From Acidobacteriota bacterium (GTDB lineage: Bacteria; Acidobacteriota; Terriglobia; Terriglobales; Acidobacteriaceae), in NCBI GenBank assembly GCA_021805025.1, contig JAJZGF010000001.1, forward strand, positions 34,783-98,782: a DNA stretch of 64,000 nt, given 5' to 3'. Below the pieces are notes generated by a model. That model did no database searches, had not been told where the DNA came from, and worked only from the letters and a program-made list of their open reading frames with translations. The position numbers and the translations under genes were made by a program. Within the stretch, counting starts at the first letter, position 1. Every line of letters starts with the position of its first letter. Shown here piece after piece: positions 1 to 8,845 of the stretch.

Positions 1-221
1 TGGAAGTCACACCGTATCTCCAGTCCGGCGTGAACCATTTGCGCATTGTCGTCGGCAACTCCGCCGTCAATTCCCTGGCAGGTCAGCCGCAGCCGGAATA
101 CCGCCTCCTCAGAGACCGCTACGGATTGCTCTTCGTGCCCCAGGACATGGAAGACCTCAAGCCGGTCCCATCCGGACTCCTTGGCCCCGTCACGCTGATC
201 GAATCCACCTCCACTCGCTAG
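1..221 (+). CDS. 3' end of a gene entering from upstream; probable secreted glycoside-hydrolase-like protein (partial)
   Basis: The frame is open from the window edge to TAG at 219-221. The tail ...LRIVVGNSAVNSLAG...PSGLLGPVTLIES resembles the C-termini of large secreted glycosidases, but this is recollection only. Confidence 0.35.
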   Translation, partial: EVTPYLQSGVNHLRIVVGNSAVNSLAGQPQPEYRLLRDRYGLLFVPQDMEDLKPVPSGLLGPVTLIESTSTR

Positions 222-311
222 CGTCGTCTCAGGTAAATCGCTGCAGCCATGTTTTCCGATAGGGAGAGAATGCGCTCTTTGGAAAATTTCAAATGGGAAT
301 AAAATTTCCTC

Positions 312-341
312 TTGACACTCGCTATGTTGCGTGCGTAATGT
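312..341 (+). promoter_or_regulatory. Near-consensus sigma70-type promoter for the downstream TonB-dependent receptor
   Basis: TTGACA (312-317), an 18-nt spacer and TAATGT (336-341) lie in an AT-rich intergenic region about 130 nt upstream of ATG 474. Confidence 0.45.
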
Positions 342-473
342 TTGGCGACATTGGAACAACTACGGCTTGGACAACTGCAAGTGTGTCTCCCCCTATTCAG
401 AGCGCACGGTCAGGAAACAGTTGCCAACCGGCTCAAAAAAAGTAAAACCTCGGACTCTCAAAGGAGGCCACCG

Positions 474-3400
474 ATGCGCAGACTTCGTCTCGGTTTTGCA
501 CTGACCGTTCTGCTGGCCGCAGCTGGCAGCGCGTTTGGACAAGCAGGAGCGACAGGAACCATTCTGGGGACAGTGACGGACAGCACGGGCGCCGTTCTCC
601 CGAACGTAACCGTCACAGTCACCAACACAGCAACCAACGTGCCCTTTCACACCACCACCAGTTCCTCTGGCGACTACCTTGCCCCGTCCTTGATTTCAGG
701 AAGCTACTCCGTCTCTGCCACGGCCAAGGGCTTTGAGAAGTCTGTCACCAGCGGCGTTACGCTGAGCGTTGACCAGAAAGTCCGCGTGAATCTCACGTTG
801 AAACCAGGCGCTGTCACGGAGACGATGAACGTGACGGCCCAATCGGTCGCCTTGGATACCGACAGTGCCGCGCTCTCCCAACTGGTCAGCCAGCAGCAGG
901 TCGAGCAGCTCCCGTTGAACGGCCGAAACTTCATGCAGTTGATCCTGCTGGGAGCGGGCGCTGTCACCGTAGGCGGCGAGCAGGGCACTATGCGCCAGGG
1001 AGAAGGCAACGCCGTGAGTATCAATGGCGGCCGCCCGGAGGGCAACAACTACACGCTGGATGGCCTGGTAAATACCGATCAGGCGCTAGTTACTCCCGCC
1101 GTGATTCTGTCCCAGGATGCGATTCAGGAATTCAAGCTGGAGAGCGGCACGTATTCGGCCGAATACGGCTTCAGCGCCAGCCAGATCAACATTGTCAGCA
1201 AGGGCGGGACCAACAAACTTCACGGTTCATTCTTTGAGTTCAACCGCAACGATGCTTACGATGCCAAGCCTTTTCCATCAGCAACCGATTATCTGGCCGG
1301 GGTTCCTACTGCGAACCCAATCTTGCGTCAGAACCAGTTCGGATTCGTGATGGACGGACCTGTCTATATCCCGAAGATATACAACGGGCACAACCGAACC
1401 TTCTGGATGGCAAACTACGAGGGATGGCGCATCGACAACGGCGGCAGAGCCTATGACACGCTGCCTAACCCCGCAACTCTGACCGGAAACTTTGCGGCAG
1501 AAACCTATCCTGCGATCAACGGCCTTCCAGGCGGTACGCTTCCGGCATACGGAACCGCTGCCTGCACAACCCTGCTCAGCCTGAACCACAACTGTATGCC
1601 GGTTGACCCGACAACTGGTCAGCCATTTCCAAATAACGCGATCCCATCTGCTGAAATTACAAACCGGCTCGCGCAGGTCGCTATCCAGTACGGCTACTTT
1701 GCCACACCGACCGTGCCGAACCAGCAGGAGGGAGTCACCAACTTTATCCAAAACGTAGGCCAGCCGTTGACCACCAACCAGCAGACCTACCGCGTAGACC
1801 AGACTCTCGGGAAGCTAGGTTCCGTCTTCGGACGTTTCACCTATTCCACCTATCAGAACGCCTCCCTTTCGACGGCATCGCTTGTCTACGGAGTCGAGAG
1901 CCAGTTCGAGACGCAAAAGAACTGGGCTATCTCGCACACCATCAGTCTGGGCCAGTCAAACGTCAACAACTTCCGCTTTGGCTATCTGGACGCGCAGGCT
2001 CCGCAAGGCGCGCCCGCACCCCCGTCAGCAGCAATCTCCGCGCTGGCTGAGACCGGCGTCTTTACGCATTTCAGCGCTCTGCAGCAGACATGGCCTGATC
2101 TCGGGTTTGGGTCCCAGTACTCGAGCACTGGCGGCCCGGTCAACTCTTACACAGGCTCCGATAACCCGATGTGGGAGTTCGCCGATTCCTTTACGTCTGT
2201 GCGTGGACGCCATACCCTTGGATTCGGCGTTGACTATCGCCACTGGCACCTGATCCGCAACCTGGATGATGACTTCTATGGTGACTGGGGCTTCAATGCA
2301 AACACGGTGTTGACGAACAGCGCCAATGGTTCCTGCACCACGCCCAGCGGCTTGTGCGGCACCGGCAACTCGGTGGCCGACATGCTGCTCGGCTATTACA
2401 ACAACGTGGGTGGATTTGTTCCCGGCCCGTTGAGCCCCACAACCCAGGCAGGCAACCCGCAGAATCACGTCTTCGGATACTTCGCTCCGTATGCGGAGGA
2501 CGATTGGAAGGCTACTCAGAAGCTGACCGTCGACATAGGGCTGCGCTGGGACTATCGTCCCGCTGCCTATGAAGCGCAGAATCACTTCTTCTGGCTTGAC
2601 ACAACGAATGCTCAGGGCGGCCTCTGCTATGCCGACCCGCAATTGACCACAGACGGAGTGGCCCCCGGCGTGGGCGTGAACGGCGGCCCAATCCTTCGCT
2701 ACTGCGGCTCTGTCCCCCGCTCCGGGCCGAAAACTCCCTTCGCACCACGCCTTGGTCTGGCTTACCGCCTCGACAACAAGACCGTCCTGCGTGGCGGCTA
2801 CGGAATCTTCTTCGACTCCTACGAAGGCCGTGAAATTGACGACTCCGCGGATATCTATCCCTACAGCATCCGCAACAGCCTGAATCCAACCCAGAACACC
2901 GCGCTGCCCAAGTTCGGCAACCAACTCTTCCCAAGCTACAACACGCTTGGGCCGTTCCCTGAGTCCACGCTCTCGTTTATCGCGGTCATCGAGTCGCAGA
3001 ACCCGCTTGACCCCTATGTTCAATCGTGGACGGGCTCAGTAGAGCGTGAGCTTGCAAACGGCACCACCATGGAAGTGAACTACATCGGAACCCATGCAGT
3101 TCATCTCCTCGACCGCCGCAACATCGCGCAGCCAATCTCCATTTCTGCAACGGATCTGCCCTTCTGCCAGGCGAATCCGAACGACGCAACGCACAACTGC
3201 CCAACGTCGTCCCGGTTGCCCTATCCCAACTTCAACGGGTTCTACATCAACAGTGACTTCCACGGCTACTCGCACTACAACGCGATGAACGTGAAGCTTG
3301 ACCATCGCGCCGGCAACCTAGCCCTGACCACGATCTACACCTGGGCCAACAGCAAAGACGACAAATCGGCTGCTGCGGGCGTGGGCGCCACAGGGAGTGG

Positions 3401-4046
3401 CTACCAGGGCTTCATGAACAACGCGGATCCGAACCTGGATTACGGCCCCTCGGACTTCGATGTGAATCAGCGGTTCGTTTCCAGCTACATCTACCAGCTC
3501 CCCGTCGGCCGCGGCCAGAAGTATATGGGCGGCATTAACCACCTCACAGATTTGGCGTTGGGCGGCTGGCAGCTCACCGGCATCACCACCTTCCAGACTG
3601 GCTTCCCTTTCAGCATCACGGCGGCAGACGCCAGCGGCCTGCTCGATACACAGTTCCAGCGCGCAAACTACACGCCGGGCTGCAACATTCACAGCAACCT
3701 GACCCAGACCCTCCAGAGAATTAACATGTCGTGCTTCACGCAACCGGCGATTGGTGTGTATGGGGGCACTTCGCGTAACTTTCTCCGTCAGCCGGGCATC
3801 AACGACTGGGATATGGGCTTCGGCAAGTCGTTTGCGTTCACCGAAACTGCAAGATTTGAATTGCACGTAGACACTTTCAACACCTTCAACCATCACCAGT
3901 ACCTCATCAATGTAGGCGGCTTGGCGACAGCCGGTTCTGGCGGTGGGTCGGCAATTGACAACGCGGTGGGCGATGCCACTCAAGGCCAGATCACAAGTAC
4001 AGCACCTGCTCGCATCATTCAGTTAAGCGGCAAGATCACCTTCTAA
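474..4046 (+). CDS. TonB-dependent outer-membrane receptor, Oar-like, with N-terminal CarboxypepD_reg domain (1190 aa)
   Basis: This is ORF 342..4046 with the start moved to ATG 474, which is preceded by AAGGAGG (461-467). The N-terminus MRRLRLGFALTVLLAAAGSAFGQ is a signal peptide. GTILGTVTDSTGAVLPNVTVTVTN is the carboxypeptidase-regulatory-like fold typical of acidobacterial TBDRs. The C-terminal residue is aromatic (...GKITF). Confidence 0.85.
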   Translation: MRRLRLGFALTVLLAAAGSAFGQAGATGTILGTVTDSTGAVLPNVTVTVTNTATNVPFHTTTSSSGDYLAPSLISGSYSVSATAKGFEKSVTSGVTLSVDQKVRVNLTLKPGAVTETMNVTAQSVALDTDSAALSQLVSQQQVEQLPLNGRNFMQLILLGAGAVTVGGEQGTMRQGEGNAVSINGGRPEGNNYTLDGLVNTDQALVTPAVILSQDAIQEFKLESGTYSAEYGFSASQINIVSKGGTNKLHGSFFEFNRNDAYDAKPFPSATDYLAGVPTANPILRQNQFGFVMDGPVYIPKIYNGHNRTFWMANYEGWRIDNGGRAYDTLPNPATLTGNFAAETYPAINGLPGGTLPAYGTAACTTLLSLNHNCMPVDPTTGQPFPNNAIPSAEITNRLAQVAIQYGYFATPTVPNQQEGVTNFIQNVGQPLTTNQQTYRVDQTLGKLGSVFGRFTYSTYQNASLSTASLVYGVESQFETQKNWAISHTISLGQSNVNNFRFGYLDAQAPQGAPAPPSAAISALAETGVFTHFSALQQTWPDLGFGSQYSSTGGPVNSYTGSDNPMWEFADSFTSVRGRHTLGFGVDYRHWHLIRNLDDDFYGDWGFNANTVLTNSANGSCTTPSGLCGTGNSVADMLLGYYNNVGGFVPGPLSPTTQAGNPQNHVFGYFAPYAEDDWKATQKLTVDIGLRWDYRPAAYEAQNHFFWLDTTNAQGGLCYADPQLTTDGVAPGVGVNGGPILRYCGSVPRSGPKTPFAPRLGLAYRLDNKTVLRGGYGIFFDSYEGREIDDSADIYPYSIRNSLNPTQNTALPKFGNQLFPSYNTLGPFPESTLSFIAVIESQNPLDPYVQSWTGSVERELANGTTMEVNYIGTHAVHLLDRRNIAQPISISATDLPFCQANPNDATHNCPTSSRLPYPNFNGFYINSDFHGYSHYNAMNVKLDHRAGNLALTTIYTWANSKDDKSAAAGVGATGSGYQGFMNNADPNLDYGPSDFDVNQRFVSSYIYQLPVGRGQKYMGGINHLTDLALGGWQLTGITTFQTGFPFSITAADASGLLDTQFQRANYTPGCNIHSNLTQTLQRINMSCFTQPAIGVYGGTSRNFLRQPGINDWDMGFGKSFAFTETARFELHVDTFNTFNHHQYLINVGGLATAGSGGGSAIDNAVGDATQGQITSTAPARIIQLSGKITF

Positions 4047-4069
4047 ACAAGGTCTATTGCAGCGCTTTC

Positions 4070-4108
4070 ACTCCGCCATGCCATTCGGCCATGGCGGAGT
4101 TTTCTTTC
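4070..4108 (+). terminator. Intrinsic terminator after the TonB-dependent receptor
   Basis: An 11-bp stem, ACTCCGCCATG (4070-4080) with CATGGCGGAGT (4090-4100), has a 9-nt loop and is followed by TTTCTTTC. Confidence 0.6.
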
Positions 4109-4127
4109 AGTGCGATACATTCTCTCT

Positions 4128-5330
4128 ATGACGAGTCGTCGATTTATCTTGGCTGTGGTAATCCCATGCTTCTGCGCAGGCGCAACGCTGGCGCACCCCC
4201 AGGCAAGCGCCGATGATGCGGCAGCAAAATATTCGGATGCCGGACAGCAGGCGCTGGCCCACGGCCGCTATGCGGAAGCGCAGAGCGATTTTGAAAAGCT
4301 GGCACAGCTCGATCCCGGCATCGCTGAAGTCCACGCCACACTTGCGGCCATTGACTTCAAGCAGCGTGATTATGAGGCTGCCGTTCGCGAGGTGCGCACC
4401 GCGCTGAGGCTGAAGCCCAGCCTGCCTCGCCTGGACAGTCTTCTCGGTCTCTCCCTCTCTGAGCTGAGCCGATACTCCGAGGCCGTTCCCTATCTTGAAA
4501 AGGGCTTCAAGCAAACCGCCGACAGCGAGACCAGGCGCATGTGCGGCTTGCAGCTCCTGCGCGCTTACACAGGTCTTCGGCGCGATGCCGACGCAGTGGA
4601 GACGGCGCTCTCGCTCAACCGGCTTTATCCCGACGACCCTGAGGTCCTCTACCATACAGGCCGCATCTACGGGAATTACGCGTACATCGTAATGGAGAAG
4701 CTGCATGACAAGGCGCCCGGTTCCGTTTGGATGCTGCAGGCGCAGGGCGAAGCAAATGAAAGCCAGAAGAACTATGACGCTGCCATTGTCGCCTTCAATC
4801 ACGTTCTGACCATTGACCCCAGGCGGCCCGGCATCCACTACCGACTGGGGCGCGTGTATCTGGCGCGATTTACAGAGGGACAGAAGGCAGAAGACCGTGA
4901 TGCGGCGCAGCGCGAGTTCGCCGCAGAGCTGACCATCGACCCGGACAACGGGAACGCCCGTTACGAGCTTGCGAACACGGCGGCAGGCAAAGGAGATCTT
5001 GTCGAGGCGCGCGAACAGTTTGAGGAGGTTCTCAAGCGCTATCCTGGTTTTGAAGAGGCACTGGTAGGGCTGGGTGGCGTTGATATCGAGAGCGAGAATG
5101 CGCAAGCAGCTGTGCCGCTGCTGCAGCGGGCCACGAAGATCAACCCGGAAGATGAAGTGGCCTGGTACCGCTTGTCCCAGGCAGAGCGCGCAACCGGGGA
5201 CAAGGATGGGCAGGAAAAAGCGCTGGCGGCCTTCAGAAAGCTTCACAGCTCCACGCCGGTCACGCTGCGCAGGCCGGATCAGGAGGACGAAGTTACGCCG
5301 CAACAGATCGATGCGAACGCCAGGCCCTGA
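4128..5330 (+). CDS. Secreted tetratricopeptide (TPR) repeat protein
   Basis: This is ORF 4110..5330, with ATG 4128 giving the signal-like N-terminus MTSRRFILAVVIPCFCAGATLAHPQASA. Repeated A..Y..A...F.KAL.L.P motifs (for example GRYAEAQSDFEKLAQLDPG and RDYEAAVREVRTALRLKP) run throughout. Confidence 0.75.
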   Translation: MTSRRFILAVVIPCFCAGATLAHPQASADDAAAKYSDAGQQALAHGRYAEAQSDFEKLAQLDPGIAEVHATLAAIDFKQRDYEAAVREVRTALRLKPSLPRLDSLLGLSLSELSRYSEAVPYLEKGFKQTADSETRRMCGLQLLRAYTGLRRDADAVETALSLNRLYPDDPEVLYHTGRIYGNYAYIVMEKLHDKAPGSVWMLQAQGEANESQKNYDAAIVAFNHVLTIDPRRPGIHYRLGRVYLARFTEGQKAEDRDAAQREFAAELTIDPDNGNARYELANTAAGKGDLVEAREQFEEVLKRYPGFEEALVGLGGVDIESENAQAAVPLLQRATKINPEDEVAWYRLSQAERATGDKDGQEKALAAFRKLHSSTPVTLRRPDQEDEVTPQQIDANARP

Positions 5331-5339
5331 GCGAATGGT

Positions 5340-6770
5340 TCAGCAGATTTTCTCGAACCCGAGCCCCATCAGCGCCGCGCACTTTTCCAATGCTGACCCC
5401 ACATGTCCCACACCCACGGCACAGTGGTGCGCGGGTGCAGCTGCGTTCCATGCGTTCACAAAGCCGCGTGCGCCAATGGGGAAGCGATAGCGGCTGTTCG
5501 TGTTGCCAATCTCAAGAATTTCGCCGGCCACACACTGTCCCTCAGCCACCAGCAGCCTGAAGCGTCGGCTCGCGTCCTCGACGATGGAAAGCAGCGTGAC
5601 AGGCCCATGCTTCACGCTCATCTCGACGGAAAGCCCGCGGCCCACCTTGCCGTGATAGACCCCGAGTGGGCGCACCTTCGTCTTGCCCTCAGCGATGGCG
5701 ATGTGTCCGGGGCCATCGTGGCCCATCAGCACCAGGTCGTCATTGAAGTCCATCGCATAATATTCGGTGAACGAACCGCCCGCCCCAAGCGTGTCCATCA
5801 TCTTCATGGCAAGCGCATTCTTTACCTCATACTCGCCCGCCACCGGAATGTGCCGCGCCGTCAGTAACGACGTGCCAAGAATAATGGAGCTCATCGCATC
5901 TTCATTCGCGGAGTTGCCCGATCCCTTGTAATAGTAGGCCAATGCGTCCAGATCGTGCCCGGCGACAAAGGCGTCCAGTGCAACGGAGGTGCGTGCAGCG
6001 CGTCTCAACTCCTCCGGCGGGCAGTCTGGCTGCACATCAAAGCATCTCTCAAACTCTGCCACGCGCCGTGCAATGTCCTGCTCGCTCACCGCGACAGTCA
6101 TCGCGCTCAGCTCATCCACTTCCACCATCTCGACATGTGTCCCAAAGGCAATCGAGACCAGCGTCACATCGGTCATAATGTCCAACATGCCGCTGTAATA
6201 GTGGCCCATCAGGCCCAGCCTTGCCGATGCCAGCACAGAGCGCACGCGAGCCGCGTCCAGCCACTCTTCAATCTCGCGCCACGTTGCCGCTTCGCCCAGC
6301 ACGCCTGTCACCTGATAAAAAGGAATGCCCGCCCGCATCATCACGTTCGCGATCTCAGGCACCGGGCAGGCCGAGCAGTAGGCCAGCCACTCGCCGGTCA
6401 TGGCCGTGCGATCTTGCATGCGGTTGAAAGCTGCATAATCAATCGCCGCATCGGGCTGCAGGTTCAGCACCACCACCGGCACACCGGCGCGCTGCACCAG
6501 CGGCAGAACCGTACTCGAAAGAGCATATGTAGTGACGTAGAGAAACAGAACGTCGATGTCTTCGCGCCGGCTGCTGCGACCGGCCACGCGCGAGCGCTGC
6601 GGCGAATCCACCAGGCCCAGGTCTACCACTTCGACGCCGGGCCGCACCAGACGCGACGCTACCTGCGACACATAGCTCTCAAGCCGCTCTTTAAGGCCGG
6701 GGAACTGGCTCCAATAGGCTTCCAGTCCAATGCCGCATAGACCCACGCGCAGAGATGGCTCGGCGCTCAT
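5340..6770 (-). CDS. L-arabinose/L-fucose isomerase family protein (AraA-like sugar isomerase)
   Basis: A 476-aa ORF with GAGGAG 5 nt upstream of ATG 6770. The C-terminal half (AGEYEVKNALAMKMMDTLGAGGSFTEYYAMDF..LVLMGHDGPGH; PAHHCAVGVGH) parallels the AraA blocks GEGDWKTA...GGTSFMEDY...LGSHMLE and GGAHHTV. Confidence 0.65.
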   Translation of the reverse strand: MSAEPSLRVGLCGIGLEAYWSQFPGLKERLESYVSQVASRLVRPGVEVVDLGLVDSPQRSRVAGRSSRREDIDVLFLYVTTYALSSTVLPLVQRAGVPVVVLNLQPDAAIDYAAFNRMQDRTAMTGEWLAYCSACPVPEIANVMMRAGIPFYQVTGVLGEAATWREIEEWLDAARVRSVLASARLGLMGHYYSGMLDIMTDVTLVSIAFGTHVEMVEVDELSAMTVAVSEQDIARRVAEFERCFDVQPDCPPEELRRAARTSVALDAFVAGHDLDALAYYYKGSGNSANEDAMSSIILGTSLLTARHIPVAGEYEVKNALAMKMMDTLGAGGSFTEYYAMDFNDDLVLMGHDGPGHIAIAEGKTKVRPLGVYHGKVGRGLSVEMSVKHGPVTLLSIVEDASRRFRLLVAEGQCVAGEILEIGNTNSRYRFPIGARGFVNAWNAAAPAHHCAVGVGHVGSALEKCAALMGLGFEKIC

Positions 6771-6798
6771 CGTCGCTCCTCATCGATCCGTCCCGGTC

Positions 6799-7149
6799 TC
6801 AGGGCAGATAGAATACCTCTTCCATCATGGGGAAGCGCTCGCCCGGACGCAAGGCCTCATTCGGTGCAAAGAACGGAGCCATCGCCTGCTGCCAGCGAAG
6901 ATTCACAGGATCGTTTTCAATCCGGCTCCAGGTAGCATCAAAGTCCTCCGCCCGCAGCGCAAGCACGAGCAGATCATCGCGGCGATAGATTGAGTATTCA
7001 GAGATACCCGCACTTTTCAGCAGCGCAAGCATCTCCGGCCACACCGCGCGATGGGCTTCTTCATACGCCTGAGCCATTCCCGGTTTCAGCCGCAGCAGGA
7101 AGGCGTAGCGCTTCAGCGGCGCAGAGCCGGTGATTGCCCGTGTGCTCAC
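6799..7149 (-). CDS. rhaM: L-rhamnose mutarotase
   Basis: 116 aa. The motifs YAFLLRLKPG..AYEEAH..VWPEM...LKSAGISEYSIY and the C-terminal EEVFYLP are the RhaM/DUF718 signature. The GTG start overlaps the upstream stop (GTGA at 7146-7149). Confidence 0.85.
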   Translation of the reverse strand: MSTRAITGSAPLKRYAFLLRLKPGMAQAYEEAHRAVWPEMLALLKSAGISEYSIYRRDDLLVLALRAEDFDATWSRIENDPVNLRWQQAMAPFFAPNEALRPGERFPMMEEVFYLP

Positions 7150-8645
7150 CAGCTCACCACCGTCACCGCAAATGGCTCCAGGTGAATCGCGCCGTGGTCA
7201 ACCTTCACGCTGCGCGCCGGTCCATCGCCTGTCTGCTCGTCCACCGTAAGCGCAGTGGCATGGTCCGCATCGGGTAAAAGCACTTCTGTTGCTTGACTGC
7301 GCTTGTTGGCAAGCAGAAGCTTGCGGCCCGTCTGCGTCACAAACGCCTGCGCGGCGATGTCGCCTCCGCCGTGCCTTCCCCCCAGCTTGGTTTCCACCAG
7401 TTGGTCGCCCGGATGAAAGGAATCCTTGATCAGCTTGAGCACCCAGAAGCGCGCGTTCGGCTTGTTGTTGGTCCAGTCCATCATGCTGACGCTCGGGAAC
7501 TGCGTGGGGTACCCGATCAGCTGCGATTCGCCAATCACATCAATCTGCAGCCGCGACAGTTCGATATACAGATACGCGTAGAGTGAGCCGGCCAGATTCC
7601 AATAGCCCGCCGGCGGCGGCACCTTATCGGCTGCCGTATTATCTGTGGGCAGAATGACGCCCAGTTCATCCGTGTCCGTCTGGGTTTCCGGAGATAGCCG
7701 CTTCCGAATCGACTCCACATAACGCACCGTGTTCAGGAAGCCGTTCGCCTGATCGAAAAAAGTGAATTGCCAACTGTCGATCGTCTGCTCTTTCACCGGC
7801 GACGCATAAAAGTGATACGAGATCATGTCCAGCGGTATACCCGGCCGATGATTCTTAGGATTCAAAAAGTACTCGAAGTAGCTTGGGCTCATGCCCGGCA
7901 TCGCCAGCGCAAGGCCCACAAACTTCGTATCTGGCGAGACCCGGTGGATCGCGCTCACAATCGAGTCATACCGCTCCGTGTATTGTTCAGGCGTCATTTG
8001 GTGTTCAAAATCAACTTCATTCAACACCTCCCACACCGGGAGTTTGTAGTGGTGGCCAGATTCATGACGTACTCCGTTTTCGTCAGTGAAGCCACCGTTC
8101 ACATACCAACTTACCAATCGCGCATAATAGTCGCCCAGAGCCTTGCCGCTGGGATCGGCTAACTCCTTCCCTTGTGTATAATCCCACGTCACCTGGTTCG
8201 GGTCTGCTGGATACGTCACCGGCTTATCCGTCTTGAAAAGCCAAGCCGGAATGGTGCTGAAGTTCACCACCGTTGAGTGCCCAGCCGTTGCATCCATGAA
8301 ATCCTTCGTCATCGGGTCAATCAGGCTGAAATCCCAACTCGTCTTCTGCGGAGTCGGCGGTTCCAATTCGGCCACAGCCAGCCTGGGATACGGCAGCCAG
8401 GGAACATACCGCACGTAGTCAGCGCCCAATTCCTTCACCGCCCGATAGGCGGCTTCACCCAGCGGTTCGCCCGGCCGCAGCGGAGGATTCACCACCACCT
8501 GCAGCGTGGGCGTGGACTTGGACACCACTTCAGTTTTGTCCCAGTGGATCGTGAGTTGCTGCTCTGCCTGCTGGCCATACGTCAAAACGGTCGCAGCCAC
8601 GCATACCAGGACAGGAATTCCCTTCCTCATCATCGCTCGCAACAT
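7146..8645 (-). CDS. Secreted glycoside hydrolase, (beta/alpha)8 clan GH-A (GH39-like)
   Basis: This is ORF 7146..8795 with the start moved to ATG 8645 (GGGAGAAG upstream), giving the signal peptide MLRAMMRKGIPVLVCVAATVLTYGQ. WEVLNEVD is a clan-A acid/base NE motif, and TDELGV is a candidate nucleophile. Family assignment is uncertain. Confidence 0.6.
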   Translation of the reverse strand: MLRAMMRKGIPVLVCVAATVLTYGQQAEQQLTIHWDKTEVVSKSTPTLQVVVNPPLRPGEPLGEAAYRAVKELGADYVRYVPWLPYPRLAVAELEPPTPQKTSWDFSLIDPMTKDFMDATAGHSTVVNFSTIPAWLFKTDKPVTYPADPNQVTWDYTQGKELADPSGKALGDYYARLVSWYVNGGFTDENGVRHESGHHYKLPVWEVLNEVDFEHQMTPEQYTERYDSIVSAIHRVSPDTKFVGLALAMPGMSPSYFEYFLNPKNHRPGIPLDMISYHFYASPVKEQTIDSWQFTFFDQANGFLNTVRYVESIRKRLSPETQTDTDELGVILPTDNTAADKVPPPAGYWNLAGSLYAYLYIELSRLQIDVIGESQLIGYPTQFPSVSMMDWTNNKPNARFWVLKLIKDSFHPGDQLVETKLGGRHGGGDIAAQAFVTQTGRKLLLANKRSQATEVLLPDADHATALTVDEQTGDGPARSVKVDHGAIHLEPFAVTVVSW

Positions 8646-8845
8646 CGCACTTCTCCCTCTTGTTTGCTGCGGAGTTCCACGCGGATCAAGGACTCGCTGA
8701 ACGCAAAAGAACCTGCGGGCAAGGTATACCACTCTGCGAGTTCCATTTGCAATATGTTCTGTATTGATATTTTGCTGACGCTCGTACGGTGGCATTCCGC
8801 TCCCCGGAATTCGTGCTCTTTCAGAATCGGATGCTGGGATTCCAG

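Noticed and set aside
342-473. N-terminal extensions offered by the ORF track. Examples are 342 for the TBDR, 12975 for usp, 15090 for fba, 19552 for rph, 27927 for clpC, 8795 for the GH, 12853 for the SDR and 62924 for paoA.
   Set aside because: In each case an internal start with a good Shine-Dalgarno coincides with the beginning of homology or of a signal peptide. The extensions are low-complexity.
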